Below are positions 1-12,485 of a stretch of 64,000 bases of DNA, in pieces. Source of the stretch: Selaginella moellendorffii (Eukaryota; Plantae; Lycopodiophyta); the NCBI RefSeq assembly GCF_000143415.4, contig NW_003314396.1:247046-311045 (forward strand). Reading direction: 5' to 3'. The notes beneath the pieces are model-generated. The model did not search any database. It was not told where the DNA came from and was given only the letters and a program-made list of their open reading frames with translations. Each line of letters opens with the position of its first letter. Position 1 is the first letter of the stretch. The position numbers and the translations under genes were made by a program.

Positions 1-1263
1 CATGTGACACGTGGCACATGGACGGTGTAGGTTCCGCTTCGTGGTGTTATCCTATGGTGAATCACCATAGGATAAAGGGTAAAAACCACGTGCGCTACAT
101 TTGGTATCAGAGGATGAGTCTTAGCAAATACTATTCAATGAGATTGGGCAACTAGTCTTGTTGCATACGCAAAGATGAAAACAATGATCCGAGTGGGTAC
201 ACGTTGCGGTGCTAAGGTTTCGTAAAGGTTCCTTGGGTATGGATTTGGTTACCTTTTTTTTTTGTTTTATATTATATGAGCTTGCTCTTGGGCTCATAAG
301 AAGGATTGAGTTATTCCAGTAGCACAAGTTTGTGCTTGGGCTCGTAAGTGAGGCACATTAGCAACTTGAAGTTATACTTTGAGTTGGCAGGATTAATGTA
401 AGCCTATCGGTGGTTCCATGTACTATGGTTAAAATAAACCTTCCTTGGATTTGCTATGAGTGGCAAATAGGCTGGTCTGTAGCTGTTTAGCACGACACTA
501 GTGGATCCTTTCTAGGCATGATTACAAGTGGATCAACCAAGACTGTAGGGATAAGTCTATTGATTCAAGTAATCATTATTATGCTCTCTTATAAACTTTT
601 CTTAGATTGGACTGAAGGTAGTGCAAAAGCAAGCATGAGGTTTGGTCAAAGATGAGACCGAAAAGAGAGTCGTTAGGGACGAAGGATCAAACATGTAAAT
701 CATTTTCTCTTCTTGGAGATATGCTTTGCAACGAGGTGTTAACTCATTGCTTGTGTTCACAGTATGTAATCAAGGGTCTCTATCTTGATGCATGTTAAAA
801 ATGATGGTCTTCTAAGTGGTGAGCTATGGGATGGATAGTGGTGAAGCGCTAAAGCATTTTGTCTAGACTTGCTATTGGAAGACTTAGGTTGCAATATTCA
901 ATTCTTTTCCGAAGAACCTTGCTATTGCTCCTTGAGTAATTTGGTGTTGGATTAGTCTTGAGTTTGGTTGGAGAGAGTGTGGCATTAGCTTGTCCGTGTT
1001 GTGAACAAAAGTTAGTGGTGTTAGGTGTTGTAAATCTCTATCGGTGGGGTATAGCATTTATGTTGCATTTTGTCGAATCGAGTTGACACTTGATATTCAC
1101 ACAAACCTTTAAAGTAATGACATAGGCATTATTCATAGTGTTGCTTGATTGATGATCATGTGATTGTGATTTTATATCATATCCATGTGATAGTGAGCAA
1201 TAAGTTTACAAAGTTGCTTGGTTAATTAATGATCAACCCCAAAGTGGTTGATGGTGAAACTAG
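1..1263 (+). mobile_element. Family A non-autonomous LTR element (LARD-like): 3' end of the 5' LTR (1-99), PBS and start of the non-coding internal region
   Basis: LTR end ...CACGTGCGCTACA at 99, PBS TGGTATCAGAG (tRNA-iMet) at 102-112. Collinear with 15250-16540. Interrupted at 1264 by a family B LTR. Confidence 0.9.
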
Positions 1264-2394
1264 TGTAAAGAACCAACTCCCGGAGGTGTTGTAGGCTAAA
1301 GGATCCCTGAAAGCATGATCAAAATGATAAAGAGTTCATTGGATGAAGCTGAGTCTGAGATCGAGTCCAAGACCAACTCTGAGACCGAGTTTGAGATAGA
1401 GTTCGGGATCGAGTTTGAGGCCAACTTGGAGACCGAGTTGGAGACTGAGTTCGAGATAGAGTCTGAGATCTGAGATCGGGTCCAAGACCAAGTCCGAGGT
1501 CGAGTCCGAAGTTGAGTCTGAGATTGGGTTCGAGATCGAGTTTGAGATCAAGTCCGAAGTCGGGTCCGAGATCGAGTCTGAGATCGAGTCCGAGACCGAG
1601 TCCGAGTACTAATATAGGTCAAGGGGTGAAAGCCCAAAGCATGCGTCTCCCATGGAGGGGCTGCAGGGGGTTCCAAAAGTAAAGTAGGGATAGTGAGGTC
1701 CAAGAACCAGTCTTGAAGGAACTCTCCAATGGTGTTTCCAAACTGACTTGAGGTTGAGACTGGGGCCAAGGGGCCTTGGGTGAGAGTGAGCATGGACTCA
1801 GGTGGTGCCAGAGGGGCCACCCAAAAAAGTGCTCAAGAGCAGCTCCCACTCCCAAAAGGGAAACTGACTGCGGTGCTCTCGACTCATGTGGAGTGGTGCC
1901 ACATTTGAGTACCTTGTGGCTCATTGGTCCTGGCCCTTCCTAGGGGCTTGGGCCTTCCCTTCGGGATGGAAGTGGGGGGGGTAGAGGTACCCATATCAGG
2001 TTGTTAGGCCACGGTGTTTCACCCCGATGTTTCGAAGCAAGTGTTGCACTTAAGGCTTGGGATTTAGAGGATCCCATGATCAAGTCTTGTTGTACCAAGA
2101 GATGTTAGGAATCTGGAGGCTTGGTGTGCTTGGCTACTTGTGCCTGCGGGGAGTGTAGCCGAACCTTAAGTTCAGTCTAACCGGGGAGGGGGATTGGGAG
2201 AGATTTGGGAATCCGTGGATGGATAGCTAATGCTCTGTTGCTCATGTAGTAAGTAGTTGAAACCAAGTGGGACCAAGTAGGAGCTGGTACAATAGGCGAG
2301 AACCTTGGCGAGGGAACTTAGCAAAAGCCAAGGTAGTGTTGGTCGGATAGACGAGGTAAGCTGGCAAATTAGAAAAGAAAATTTGTGGGTTACA
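1264..2394 (+). repeat. 5' LTR of family B copy 1, with a hexamer-based (GAGTCC/GAGACC/GAGATC) minisatellite
   Basis: Direct repeat of 5303-6469, TG...CA termini, followed by the PBS. Confidence 0.93.
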
Positions 2395-2453
2395 ATTTGG
2401 TATCAGAGCCTTTTCCTCAGTTCTAGCGAAGGATACAGGCAGATTGCTGGGAG

Positions 2454-4899
2454 ATGGCAAAGGCAAGGTGGAAACAAACCAAGGCAAAGACAGAACCTCC
2501 TCTAGAGCTGGAGCCTCCGGTTGAACAAGAGGCTATGGATGAAGAATCCTTGCATGAGGAGGACTCCAGTGAGGAAACTTCCAAATAGGAGTCCAGTGGT
2601 GAGGTTCGGTCGTCCAAGGCTCGATTGGACGTGCTAGAAGGACAATTGGCATAGCCCAATGCCCTGCAGAAGACTCTTGTTCGCAAGCTAAAGTGTGACG
2701 AGAAGCGGAAGAAAAGGCGAAAGACTACGGATGCTGGTAGCGTAGAAGGTGCAGACCCTTTGGCAGGGACTGAGGCAAAACCAAACAAGGTCGAATAGAC
2801 GGAAGTGGAATCAGTCCCTCAAGTAGTTCATTGTGTTGGACCAATTTCAGGATATCATGCCGGAGGAGCTACCGGCGGGGTTGCCCCTTGCACGGCCAAT
2901 AGAACATAAGATTGAGCTGGTCGAGGGTGCTGAGGCGGTGGTTTTTCCCCCCTATCGTTTGAACGAAAAAGAACTCGAGGAGCTCAAGCGGCAACTATAG
3001 GAGTTGGTGGACAAAGGGTATGTTAGGTTGAGCAAGTCGCCGTATGGGGTGCCGGTGTTATTTGTGAAGAAGAAAGATGGATTTATGCACATGTGCATAG
3101 ACTACCGGTTGCTCAACAAGTTTACAAAGAAGAACAAGTACCCTTTACCAAGGATTAAGGACCTATTCGATAGGTTGGGAAAGGCAAAATACATCTTGAT
3201 TATTAACCTAAGGTCAGGATACTACCAGATCAGGGTAGCAGAGGAAGATGTCGAGAAGACAACTTGTCGAACAAGGTATGGGAGCTTTGAGTTTTTAGTG
3301 ATGCCCTTCAGGCTATGCAATGTGTCGGCAACGTTTTCGGCGTTGATGAACCACATCTTTGTACTCTATTTGGATCACTTTGTGGTCGTCTATATTGACA
3401 ACATCTTGATCTATAGCGAAACGCTAAAGGAGCATGCCGAACACTTGACGAAGATGTTTGAGAAACTAAAGGAACACCAACTGTATGCTAAAGAGAGCAA
3501 ATGTGACTTTGCTCAACAAGAGGTAAAGTTTCTCGAGCATGTGGTGGGCAAGGACGGGCTCAAGATGGACCCTAAAAAGGTCCAAGTGATCCAAGATTGG
3601 GAGTGACCATCGAATGTACACGAGTTAAGGACAATCTTGGGGCTATGCAACTACTACTAAAAGTTTATCATACACTATTTGAGAGTAGCCCTATCCTTAA
3701 CATACCAAATGGGAAAAGGGAAGATGGTATGGACAGCAGAATGCAAGGCAGCATTTGTCCACCTCAAAGGGAAGTTGAGGAAGGCTCCTGTGTTGGCGTT
3801 ACTAGACTGTGGTAAAGACTTTGAGGTAGAAATGGATGCTTCAGACTTTGCATTGGGCACAGTTTTGAAGCAAGACAACCATCCAATAACATTCTTCTTG
3901 AAGAAAATGGACAAGGCTCAGCAAAAGTGGCATGCCCACAAGAAGGAATTGTTCGCGGTGGTCAAGGCACTCAAGGAGTGGTGACACTACCTTGGGAGAC
4001 ACTTCAATATGTACACGGACAATGTGGCAACAAAACACTTCTTGACAGACGGACAAATGAAAAGGGTGAATACGCAATTGGAGGATTATTTGCGATGCTA
4101 TGTCTTAGGAGACCAGACCGATTGGGTAAGTCATTTGAGACTTGCAAAAATGTGTTATAACAACTCACCACATTCGAGTACCAGGGTGAGTCCATGGGAA
4201 GTCATGAATGGGCAAACTATTGAAGGTCCTATAGAGCTTGGCGTGGCCAAGTACCATAGAGAGTTACCCGTAGTGGAGGCATTCATGGTGGAAAGACTCA
4301 ACATTTGGAATCTGGTGAGGGATTCCTTGGAACGGGATCAACAAAGGCAAACCAAATATGCAAACCAGAAGCGTTGGGATGTAGAGTTCCAAGCTGGGGA
4401 GAAGGTGTTGCTAAACACTAAGAACCTCAGGCTGCCAAATGGGATCAACTGGAAGTTGACCCAAAGGTAAAAATGCATGTAATCTTGGAATTGAATTGAT
4501 CTTGAGTTCCTTAAGTAGGTTCGTGGGGCCTTATGAGATTGAGGCACGAATCGGTAAAGTGGCTTACCGTCTCTGACTTCCTCGAGAATGGGGAAGATAC
4601 ACCCAGTGTTCCATGTGAACTTACTCAAGCCGTACTTTGAGAATCCGCTTCGCAAGGACCAAGTAAGACCTTTACCTGAGGTTATCCAAGGGGAGGAGGA
4701 ATACAAAGTCGAGGCCATCCTCAATGCGCACAAGAGCAAGCGACAAGGACACGAGGTGAGAGAGTTCCATGTGAAGTGGAAAGGATTTCCACACTGCGAA
4801 GCAACATGGGAACTGGAGGAGAACCTAGTGAACGCACGAGATCTAGTGGAGGAATTTCTGCAAGATAGAACTCTATGTACTTATGCAAAGTTCAATTAA
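2454..4899 (+). pseudogene. Degenerate gag-pol of family B (gag N-terminus, RT, RNase H, integrase C-terminus, chromodomain)
   Basis: RT motifs [30 protein letters not shown]. RNase H motifs DASDFALG, KELFAVV. Chromodomain YKVEAIL...VKWKGF...TWE. Several stops and two large deletions (~2828 and ~4040). Confidence 0.92.
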
Positions 4900-5302
4900 A
4901 GTATCAATTTGTGAAGTTGAGCAATGGCATATGTTGGGACCCGAAGGCGCGCCGAAGGTAAGCTAATTAGCATGGGTTAGCTAGGTTGACCAGGCGTAGG
5001 GCACTATGTCTGACTACCCGTGGGGATGTCGAATCCGTAAACGTATTCTACAGAGGTTGGGTTCAAATCCCAACCCCCTAGTAAAACACGGTTGGGTTCA
5101 AGTCCCGACCCCATACTAGGGCGTGGTGAGGTGAGGGGTATAGGGACACCTATATTCCATTGTCATGGGCTCTTGGCTAAGGAGGCTAACTTAGGCACAC
5201 CGCTAAGTGGGGGGATGCCCCCAAAAACATGGTCAACAAGTCGTAGGATTTTAAAAGAGACATTCGATGATGGCATCGAACTTCTTCTATGGGTGGTGGA
5301 GT

Positions 5303-6469
5303 TGTAAGGAACCAACTCCCCGAGGTGTTGTAGGCTAAAGGATCCCCGAAAGCATGATCGAAATGATAAAGAGTTCATCGGATGGGACTATGTCTGAGAT
5401 CGAGTTCAAGACCGACTCTGAGACTGAGTTCGAGATAGAGTCCGGGATTGAGTCCGAGGCCGACTGGGAGACCGAGTTCGAGACTAAGTTCGGGACCGAG
5501 TTTGAGACTGAGTTCGAGACAGAGTCCGAGATCCGAGATCGGGTCCAAGACCGAGTCCGAGGTCGAGTCCGAGATTGAGTCCGAGATCGGGTCTGAGATC
5601 GAGTCCGAGATCAAGTCCGAGACTGAGTCCGAATTCGGGTCCGAGATTGAGTCTGAGATTGAGTCCGAGACTGAGTCCGGGTACTAATACAGGTCAAGGG
5701 GTGAAAGCCCAAAGCATGCGTCTGCCATGTGGGGCCTGCAGGGGGTTCCAAAAGTATAGTAGGGATAGTGAGGTCCAAGAACCAGTCTTGAAGGAACTCT
5801 CCAGTGGTGCTTCCAAACTGACTTGAGGTTGAGACTGGGGCCGAGGGGCCTTGGGTGGGAGTGAGCATAGACTCGGGTGGTGTCGGAGGGGCCACCCAAG
5901 GAAGTGCTCAAGAGCAGCTCCCACTCCCAAAAGGGAAACCGACTGCAGTGCTCCAGGCTCATGTGGAGTGGTGCCCCACTTGAATACCTTATGGCTCATT
6001 GGTCCTAGCCCTTCCTAGGGGCTTGGGCTTTCCCTTCGGGATGGAAGTGGGGGGCTAGAGGTACCCATACCGGGCCGTTAGGCCACGGTGTTTCACCCCG
6101 ATGTTTCGAAACAAGTGTTGCACCTAAGCCTTGGGATTTAGAGGATCCCATGATCAAGTCTTGTTGTACCAAGAGATATTAGGACCCTGGAGGCTTGGTG
6201 TGCTTGGCTGCTTGTGCTTGCGGGGAGTGTAACCGAACCTTAAGTCTAGTCTAACCCGGGGAGGGGGATTGGGAGAGATTTGGGAATCTGTGGATGGATG
6301 GCTAATGCTCTGTTGCTCGTGCAGTAAGTAGCTGAAACCAAGTGGGACCAAGTAGGAGCTGGTACAATAGGCGAGAACCTTGGCAAGGGAACTTAGCAAA
6401 AGCCAAGGTAGTGTTGGTCGGATAAATGAGGTAAGTTGGTAAATTAGAAAGGAAAATTTGTGGGTTACA
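5303..6469 (+). repeat. Second LTR of family B copy 1
   Basis: Preceded by the PPT, repeat of 1264-2394. Confidence 0.93.
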
Positions 6470-6700
6470 ATTTGCTATTAGAGCTTTTTCCTCAGTTCTA
6501 GCGAAGGATAGAGGCGGATTGCTAGGAGATGGCAAAGGCAAGGTGGAAACAAACCAAGGCGGAGACGGAACCTCCTCCAGAGCTGGAGCCTCTAGTCGAA
6601 CAAGAGGCTATGGATGAGGAATTCTTACATGAGGAGGACTCTAGTGAGGAAACTTCCAAACAAGAGTCCGGTGGTGAGGTTTGGTCGTCCAAGGCTTGAT
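6470..6700 (+). mobile_element. Second degenerate PBS plus gag start of family B (tandem-element remnant)
   Basis: TGCTATTAGAGC (decayed PBS) followed by a near copy of 2410-2625. Confidence 0.85.
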
Positions 6701-6707
6701 TGCACTT

Positions 6708-7098
6708 TGATTTCTTCTTTAGCATTGAGACTCATGAGACTATGAGACTCGTGATCATTATTAAGCAAGACTTGGCTATAGGCTTCTTCGAGCTTTTGGT
6801 TCCTTGACTTTTGTGCTAATTATTCCATTTGTTAGAAGTTGTTGGTGAAGGCATTTTAGTTTCTAGCTTCAATGTTGAAGTTAGTATTTGCATCTAGCAA
6901 TCATTGGTCATGATTGGCTATCATGTAGGATAGGTAATTATTCTTATTAAAAAGTTTTGCTTAATTATTGTTGATATAGAATGATTTGCCATTCTTCCGG
7001 ATGGTGAATTTCTTTCTTCAACAATGATTATGCATCTCTCTTTTGATGGGAGCATTAATGATCTTTCATGATGGTTAGTTATTCTCTTTGATGGCTTA
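6708..7098 (+). mobile_element. Family A internal-region fragment
   Basis: Collinear with ~18838-19256. Confidence 0.85.
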
Positions 7099-7122
7099 AA
7101 GCTCTATTTCGTTAAAGTGGGA
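7099..7122 (+). repeat. Left TIR
   Basis: Exact reverse complement of 25111-25134. Confidence 0.9.
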
Positions 7123-7905
7123 TTTATTCAGTAAAATGGGACTAGGTACAAATTTTCAAGTATTTGAAAATGACGTGAAATTATATGTTTTTTGTCCAGG
7201 GGCTAGACATATCTGGGGAATGGTGACTAGCACGGTGACTTTGTGTCCAGACTGAGTCCATCTGGTTGTATAATAAATCTCATTGTCAAAGTGAACAAGC
7301 CGAATCTGAAGCTAAAGAAGAGCGATGGCATGCGCGCACACACTATTTTTTTGTTCATTGAGCGTGTGGTGAGCTTTCCAAGATGAACGTCATTCCTATT
7401 AGCCAGACATATAACTTAATGGTGAGAACATTTAGATATTATTCAATGTTATCTTTTTCTAACGAATCTAATTATGAAGGTGTAGCAAGAGGCATTGCTA
7501 GTCTGGAGAAGTCATTTAACTCATTTGACCCTTAGTGTATTTTCATGAAACTAAATAACATTCATATTATTAAGGAATTTCTCTAGTACCTTTTTTTTAC
7601 GACATAGAGGCTTGCATTTCTTTCAAAGGTGATTTAGTAAAAGGCCTGAGGGCACATGCCATTCTATTTCTCAAACCGGTATTAAGATATCCTAGTGCAA
7701 AGGGAAAAAGGTATTTGGTGATCAAGTAAATGGCATGAGGGCACATGCCATTATAAGCCTAAGCGCTAGTGGACACCTCCTTTTTGGTGTCACGCCTCAC
7801 GCCATCACGCCATGCCATCACGCCTCCTCTGATTCAGATTCGGATTGTTCACCTTGAAATAAAATATATTAAAAACTTAGTAAAGGAATATTAATGAATC
7901 TCACC

Positions 7906-10900
7906 TTAAACCCGGGTTATGAATGCTCTTGCTGCATCTCTTGCATGGTCTGGCAAGGTGATGGTGGCACTCTGCTTCCGCATCCAACCATGCACAACAT
8001 TATCCACCGATATGCTCATGCTGGGATCCCTTGGATTTAGCACCCATCTCTTTTCTAGGCAATCCTTCGTATATCCGAAACTTGGCTTGAACCACTCCAC
8101 AGTTACATTAAAGGAGTTAGTTTCCGCGTCCTCCTCTGCATCAGTGATGCAGCGCCCCACCCATATCATTTGTTTTTTATTACTGGGTCTGACAAGCACG
8201 ACCATTCCTTTGCAAACCTGTACTGGATTGAATGCTGAATCCGGCTTCTTGTTCCTCAGCCCACAATAGTGATCCTCAACATCGTTATCTGTCACTGCAT
8301 TTCCAGAGGACATTGTTCCGCTACTATCTGGTGCTCTGGGTTCTTGCCAAAAGGACTCTTCCAATTCTTCATATACAACTGGCCCATTTTGGATAGCAGA
8401 TATAATCTTCTCCCAGTATTCGAGCAAAGGCTTGCACCTCTGAAAATAGGATTCTCCACCAAACACCAACACCCTCTTCCAGAAGGCAATATGCTGTTTA
8501 ATCCCGGCCACTATACTTTCCTGCTCTTTGAGTCCATCCGGGTGCATCGGCCGTGGGGAACCCTGAGGAATCATAGGTTCCCAAGTTATGGGATCTCTCT
8601 TGAAGAGTTCAATGCCGTCCACTGGCAGCCACACTGTGTCCCATTCTCTCATCTTGTACCTCATCACTGGAGCACCGTCACGCATGCTGAAGTGAAATTG
8701 AAGAGGCTTGGAGTGGCCAATCAGCGTTTTGGATCCGTCCCTGATGTAGCCTCTTACAAACCCCTTAAAGTTTGGAACCTTTGTCACAAGTGCAGCTTCA
8801 ACAGTGCCTTTGATGCAATTTTGGAATTCATCGTAGAGTTGTGGGAGGGTGAGGACATTGGATTGCCGGAGGGACTCTGCCAGGTGACTGAACATGGCAT
8901 CGACGTCTTCATGAGTGTGCCCAACCATGAGAAAGCCAAGTGTAACCGTTTCAAATATGCCTTTGGCAACAAGCATCGCCAAGTACGCGAAGACGTACAT
9001 GTTTTTGTTCTCACTGCCAGTATTGTCTGTTTGGAGCAGAAGATGGGGTGGAAGGCCACATCGGCCACAAGAACTTCCTTGAGATTCTGCTTCGTTTGGA
9101 TAAGGCTGTGCATTCACCGGGCGACCAGCGTCGTCGGAATGGCATGAGGCCTCACGTAATAACCCTACAATCTGACGGCCAACATATTTATTGGGATGGC
9201 ATGGGGCCCCACGCGATACTGCAAGCCTTTGCTCCTCCTCCAGCTGAACCCTGTACGGGGTTCGATCGACAAGGGCCTTATGCAAGGGTTGGCCGTTCAG
9301 CTCAGTCTGCGCACTTTGCAGAGACCTTAAGTGTTTTGCTAGGGACGCAATCATCATGTTTGCACCCCCGCCACCCCATAGAGGTACAAAGAAGTTCCCA
9401 TAGTTCTGGGCACCATGCCCATGAGCGATTATGCCAAACAGAGACACAAGCAGCTGCATGGATGAAGAGATTGCCTTCGGGGCAGGATTGAGTCGAGGTA
9501 AGCACGTCTTTTTCTAGTCCATTTTGTCGTGGATGATGCAGAGGTAAGAGTCAGGTCTCTCCATGGAGAGAATCCTGTTATGATAATATGCAGTCCTGCA
9601 ACTTCTCTGCTCGATGTTGTGGTCGAGCCGCCTTCTAACCAACGTCTCTCGCTCTTGAGCGCTGCAAGAATTCTTCCACAAAGCCATTTTGATAGCAGTG
9701 CACTCGTCACATTTTAAAAAGCTGGAGTACTTTCTTATACTCACATCCCTGAACCTGTTGCTCCACAATCTACTAAATCTAGATTGGCTTAGCTTCCTGT
9801 AGCCATTACTCTGGAGTTCCCGATTCACATCTTCCAATATGGCCCCCTTGGTATACATGGAAGGGAGAATTCGTTGGGTGTCTCGTGTTCCATCTTCCAA
9901 GAGGTGGGTTTTATGTGGTTGCTGCTTGCTACATATCTCGACAAACCTCTTGAAGATTGCCTCTCCATATACAACATGACCCCTGGTTTTGTGCGTACCG
10001 TCGTTCCCATGGACTACCTGTTGAACCCTTTATTCCTCAAACTCAGTTTTGATTCTGTAGAATGTGGTTCGAGGGACTCGATAAATGATTCTCCATGCCT
10101 TCATGCAAACCAAACCCCTCTGGAAGACCATGCCCCCCACCTGATGTTCTGAAGCATCAACAGATGACCGTAATGCCTCATACACAAAATTGCGAGCTGC
10201 CTTCCAGGACAATGTCTTGTATCTTGCTCTCTCCTCTTCAATAGCATCCCAATCAGCATGTTGACAGCACCTCCTCTTGCAACAAGCAACTGTCGAGACC
10301 ATTCGAACCTCCATCGCTATTTTCTGCCTTTTCGGTTCATTGCTCAGATCCCTTTGGCTGCGCTTTAGGAAGGTGTACTTTCTTTTCCCATGAAGAGATG
10401 TTCTGTCATCAGTTGTAGTGGTGTTTGATTGTGAATCCTTCACATTCTCAAACACTAAGTGCCTCAATTTCCACCGCACAATGCTTCCAATAGTCAGACT
10501 GTTTTCTTCTGTGTCAACAACCTCTAAAATCGCAACTCCAATATCATCCCAGCCCAATTCTTGATTAGCAACCGCATCTCTTGGATCGACAACTGTGGCT
10601 AAGCCCTCAGCTACCACCTCCCCCTCGGGGTTGTTTAGAAACACCTTTGCTTGAATCCATGTAGCACGGTTCTTAAGATCCACGGAGGGAACATGTGTCG
10701 CACTTGCGCTGTCCCCAACATCTGCTTTCTTCTGAAGATTTTTCAAGGCAACAACAATATTTACCCCGACAACCATCTCTCCTTGTTCATTAGCGACCAC
10801 ATTCCCATCGAAGACAGTCTCTACTGATATGGCAGCATTGCCTTCCCCAAGCCTTTGACAGTGTATAACAAAGTTCCGATCCATAGACACAAGGGTCCCT

Positions 10901-10959
10901 TTTGCAACTATCTTCCCACCATTCAAAATGTAAACCTTTTCCCCAACCCTAAAGGCCAT
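7906..10959 (-). pseudogene. Sola-like (DUF7869-type) DDD transposase, ~1017 codons, with two nonsense codons
   Basis: ORFs 10030-10959, 9514-9900 and 7906-9459 share one frame, broken only by stops at 10030-32 and 9514-16. Motifs CCKRRCC, VCMKAW, KCDEC, IIHDKMD, QTDNTGSENKN, FLMVGHTHEDVDAMFS. A splice acceptor lies just before the ATG and a donor just after the stop. Confidence 0.82.
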
Positions 10960-11147
10960 TCTGAAAGTGCAGAAAAGAAGTTAAGACCATACAAAAAATG
11001 ATTGGAGAATGGCCTAAATCATAACATACCAAACAACCTCAATAGCATGAGGCCACATGCCATTATTCAAACATGCTATTGACACCCACGTGAAATTTCG
11101 CATTCACAAAATTGGCATGAGCCCTCATGCCATTAGTGGTACCACTA

Positions 11148-11339
11148 ATGGCATGAGGCCTCACTCTATCTTTGGCCCCTGCTAGCCTGTTGCTATATTC
11201 CTTTTGCCTTGCTGCAACTGTATATATTTTTGTGTGCGTGACTAGTCACCTATACAAAAATATATACAGTTGTAGCAAGGCAAAAGGAATATGGCAATAG
11301 ACTAGCAGGGGCCAAAGACGGCATGAGGCCTCATGCCAT
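11148..11339. repeat. ~190-bp near-perfect inverted repeat (hairpin)
   Basis: Arms TCTTTGGCCCCTGCTAG...TATATATTTTTGT and ACAAAAATATATA...CTAGCAGGGGCCAAAGA, centred on GTGACTAGTCAC (11238-11249). Confidence 0.9.
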
Positions 11340-11529
11340 CTTGATATACACACAGCTGCAGCAAGTAAAAACATACATGACAATACGCTAGCCATGAAAT
11401 TGCAAGGGCCTAAGATGGCATGTGGCCTCATGCCATTTCTAAATGTGGTCCTAAGCCATTCCATGGTGAACATACCAGGAAGCACAAGTGCCGAATATCA
11501 AGAGGAAGCGGTAGCCACACCAAAGACAG

Positions 11530-11700
11530 TGCCGCTCGCAACACCGCAACTACTCGTAGCACCGCTCGCAACACCGCAACTGCTCGTAGCTCCGCTCGCA
11601 CAAACTGCCACTCGCATAAACTACCGCTCGCAATGGCACTCGCAATGCCGCAACCGCTTGTAGACGCATAAACCACAGCTCACAACGCCGCTTACACAAG
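11530..11700. repeat. CG-rich ~30-bp tandem repeat upstream of the transposase
   Basis: Iterated ACCGCTCGCAACACCGCAACTACTCGTAGC-like units. Confidence 0.75.
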
Positions 11701-12459
11701 CAGCGCTCACTGCGCTCAGCGGAACCAAGAACACGGCGCACAAAAATGATAGACCTAGGAATGAGTTCGAGAATTCAAAAATAACACACGCTTGAACATC
11801 ACATCAAATCCTCTGACAAACCAGATCTTATGATTCCTCTGACAAATTTCAAACTGAGTAGCTTCTAGACTTTGCTGTCGGAGGTTGAACTTTGTCACAT
11901 CATGTCCTTGCCTCGATCCAGCTGTGCCATGTCAGTGATTCGAACTTTGCCATGCCGTGTTAGCGATCCGCGCCAAGATTATTCGCCGTGTAAAGGAATA
12001 ATTATGCTGTGTGTTTACGTCCATTTATGGCAATATAAGGCCATACGCCATTCAAAGAATAATGCTAGTCGAGCATTTTTTGGTGCATTTTTGGGTTCAA
12101 AATTGCATGAGCCCACACGCTATAAAGTTTATCTGTACCAAAAATAGAAACAGCTTTATTTACTTGGGAATTTAAGTGGTCAAGGCATTTTTAAACTTAC
12201 AAACACATGCCCTACTTACATTCCTTTGGTTGCTTAAAATTCAAAAATATTATAAACCTTTCTTTTTGCATTTTCAATGTTTTCAATTATGGTTTTTGAT
12301 TTTCGTAGGACCAGCCTAGTAATCTATTTGCATCCCGTCATGTTTATAGCTAGCTTTCGTTTGTCTCCTTCGCTAGCCTGAGATACATCTGCTCGGCATC
12401 TGCCTCTTACAGCATTTGCCTAGAAAGGGCATCTTTCTTCACGCAGCATTTGCCACATG

Positions 12460-12485
12460 TTTAGGGTTTAGGGTTTAGGGTTTAG
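12460..12485 (+). repeat. Interstitial plant telomeric repeat (TTTAGGG)3+ / telobox
   Basis: TTTAGGGTTTAGGGTTTAGGGTTTAG. Confidence 0.85.

Larger units (their letters stand above)
1264..6469 (+). mobile_element. Family B Ty3/Gypsy chromovirus, internally deleted copy
   Basis: LTRs 1264-2394 and 5303-6469 (TGTAA...TTACA), PBS TGGTATCAGAGC 2398-2409, PPT GGGTGGTGGAG ~5291-5301. RT, RNase H, integrase-tail and chromodomain remnants are present. Confidence 0.95.

Noticed and set aside
8269-9147. 292-aa plus-strand ORF
   Set aside because: Antisense shadow of the transposase with no recognisable motifs.
12460-12485. Chromosome end or telomere-targeting element
   Set aside because: Only ~3.7 repeats, internal to a transposon.
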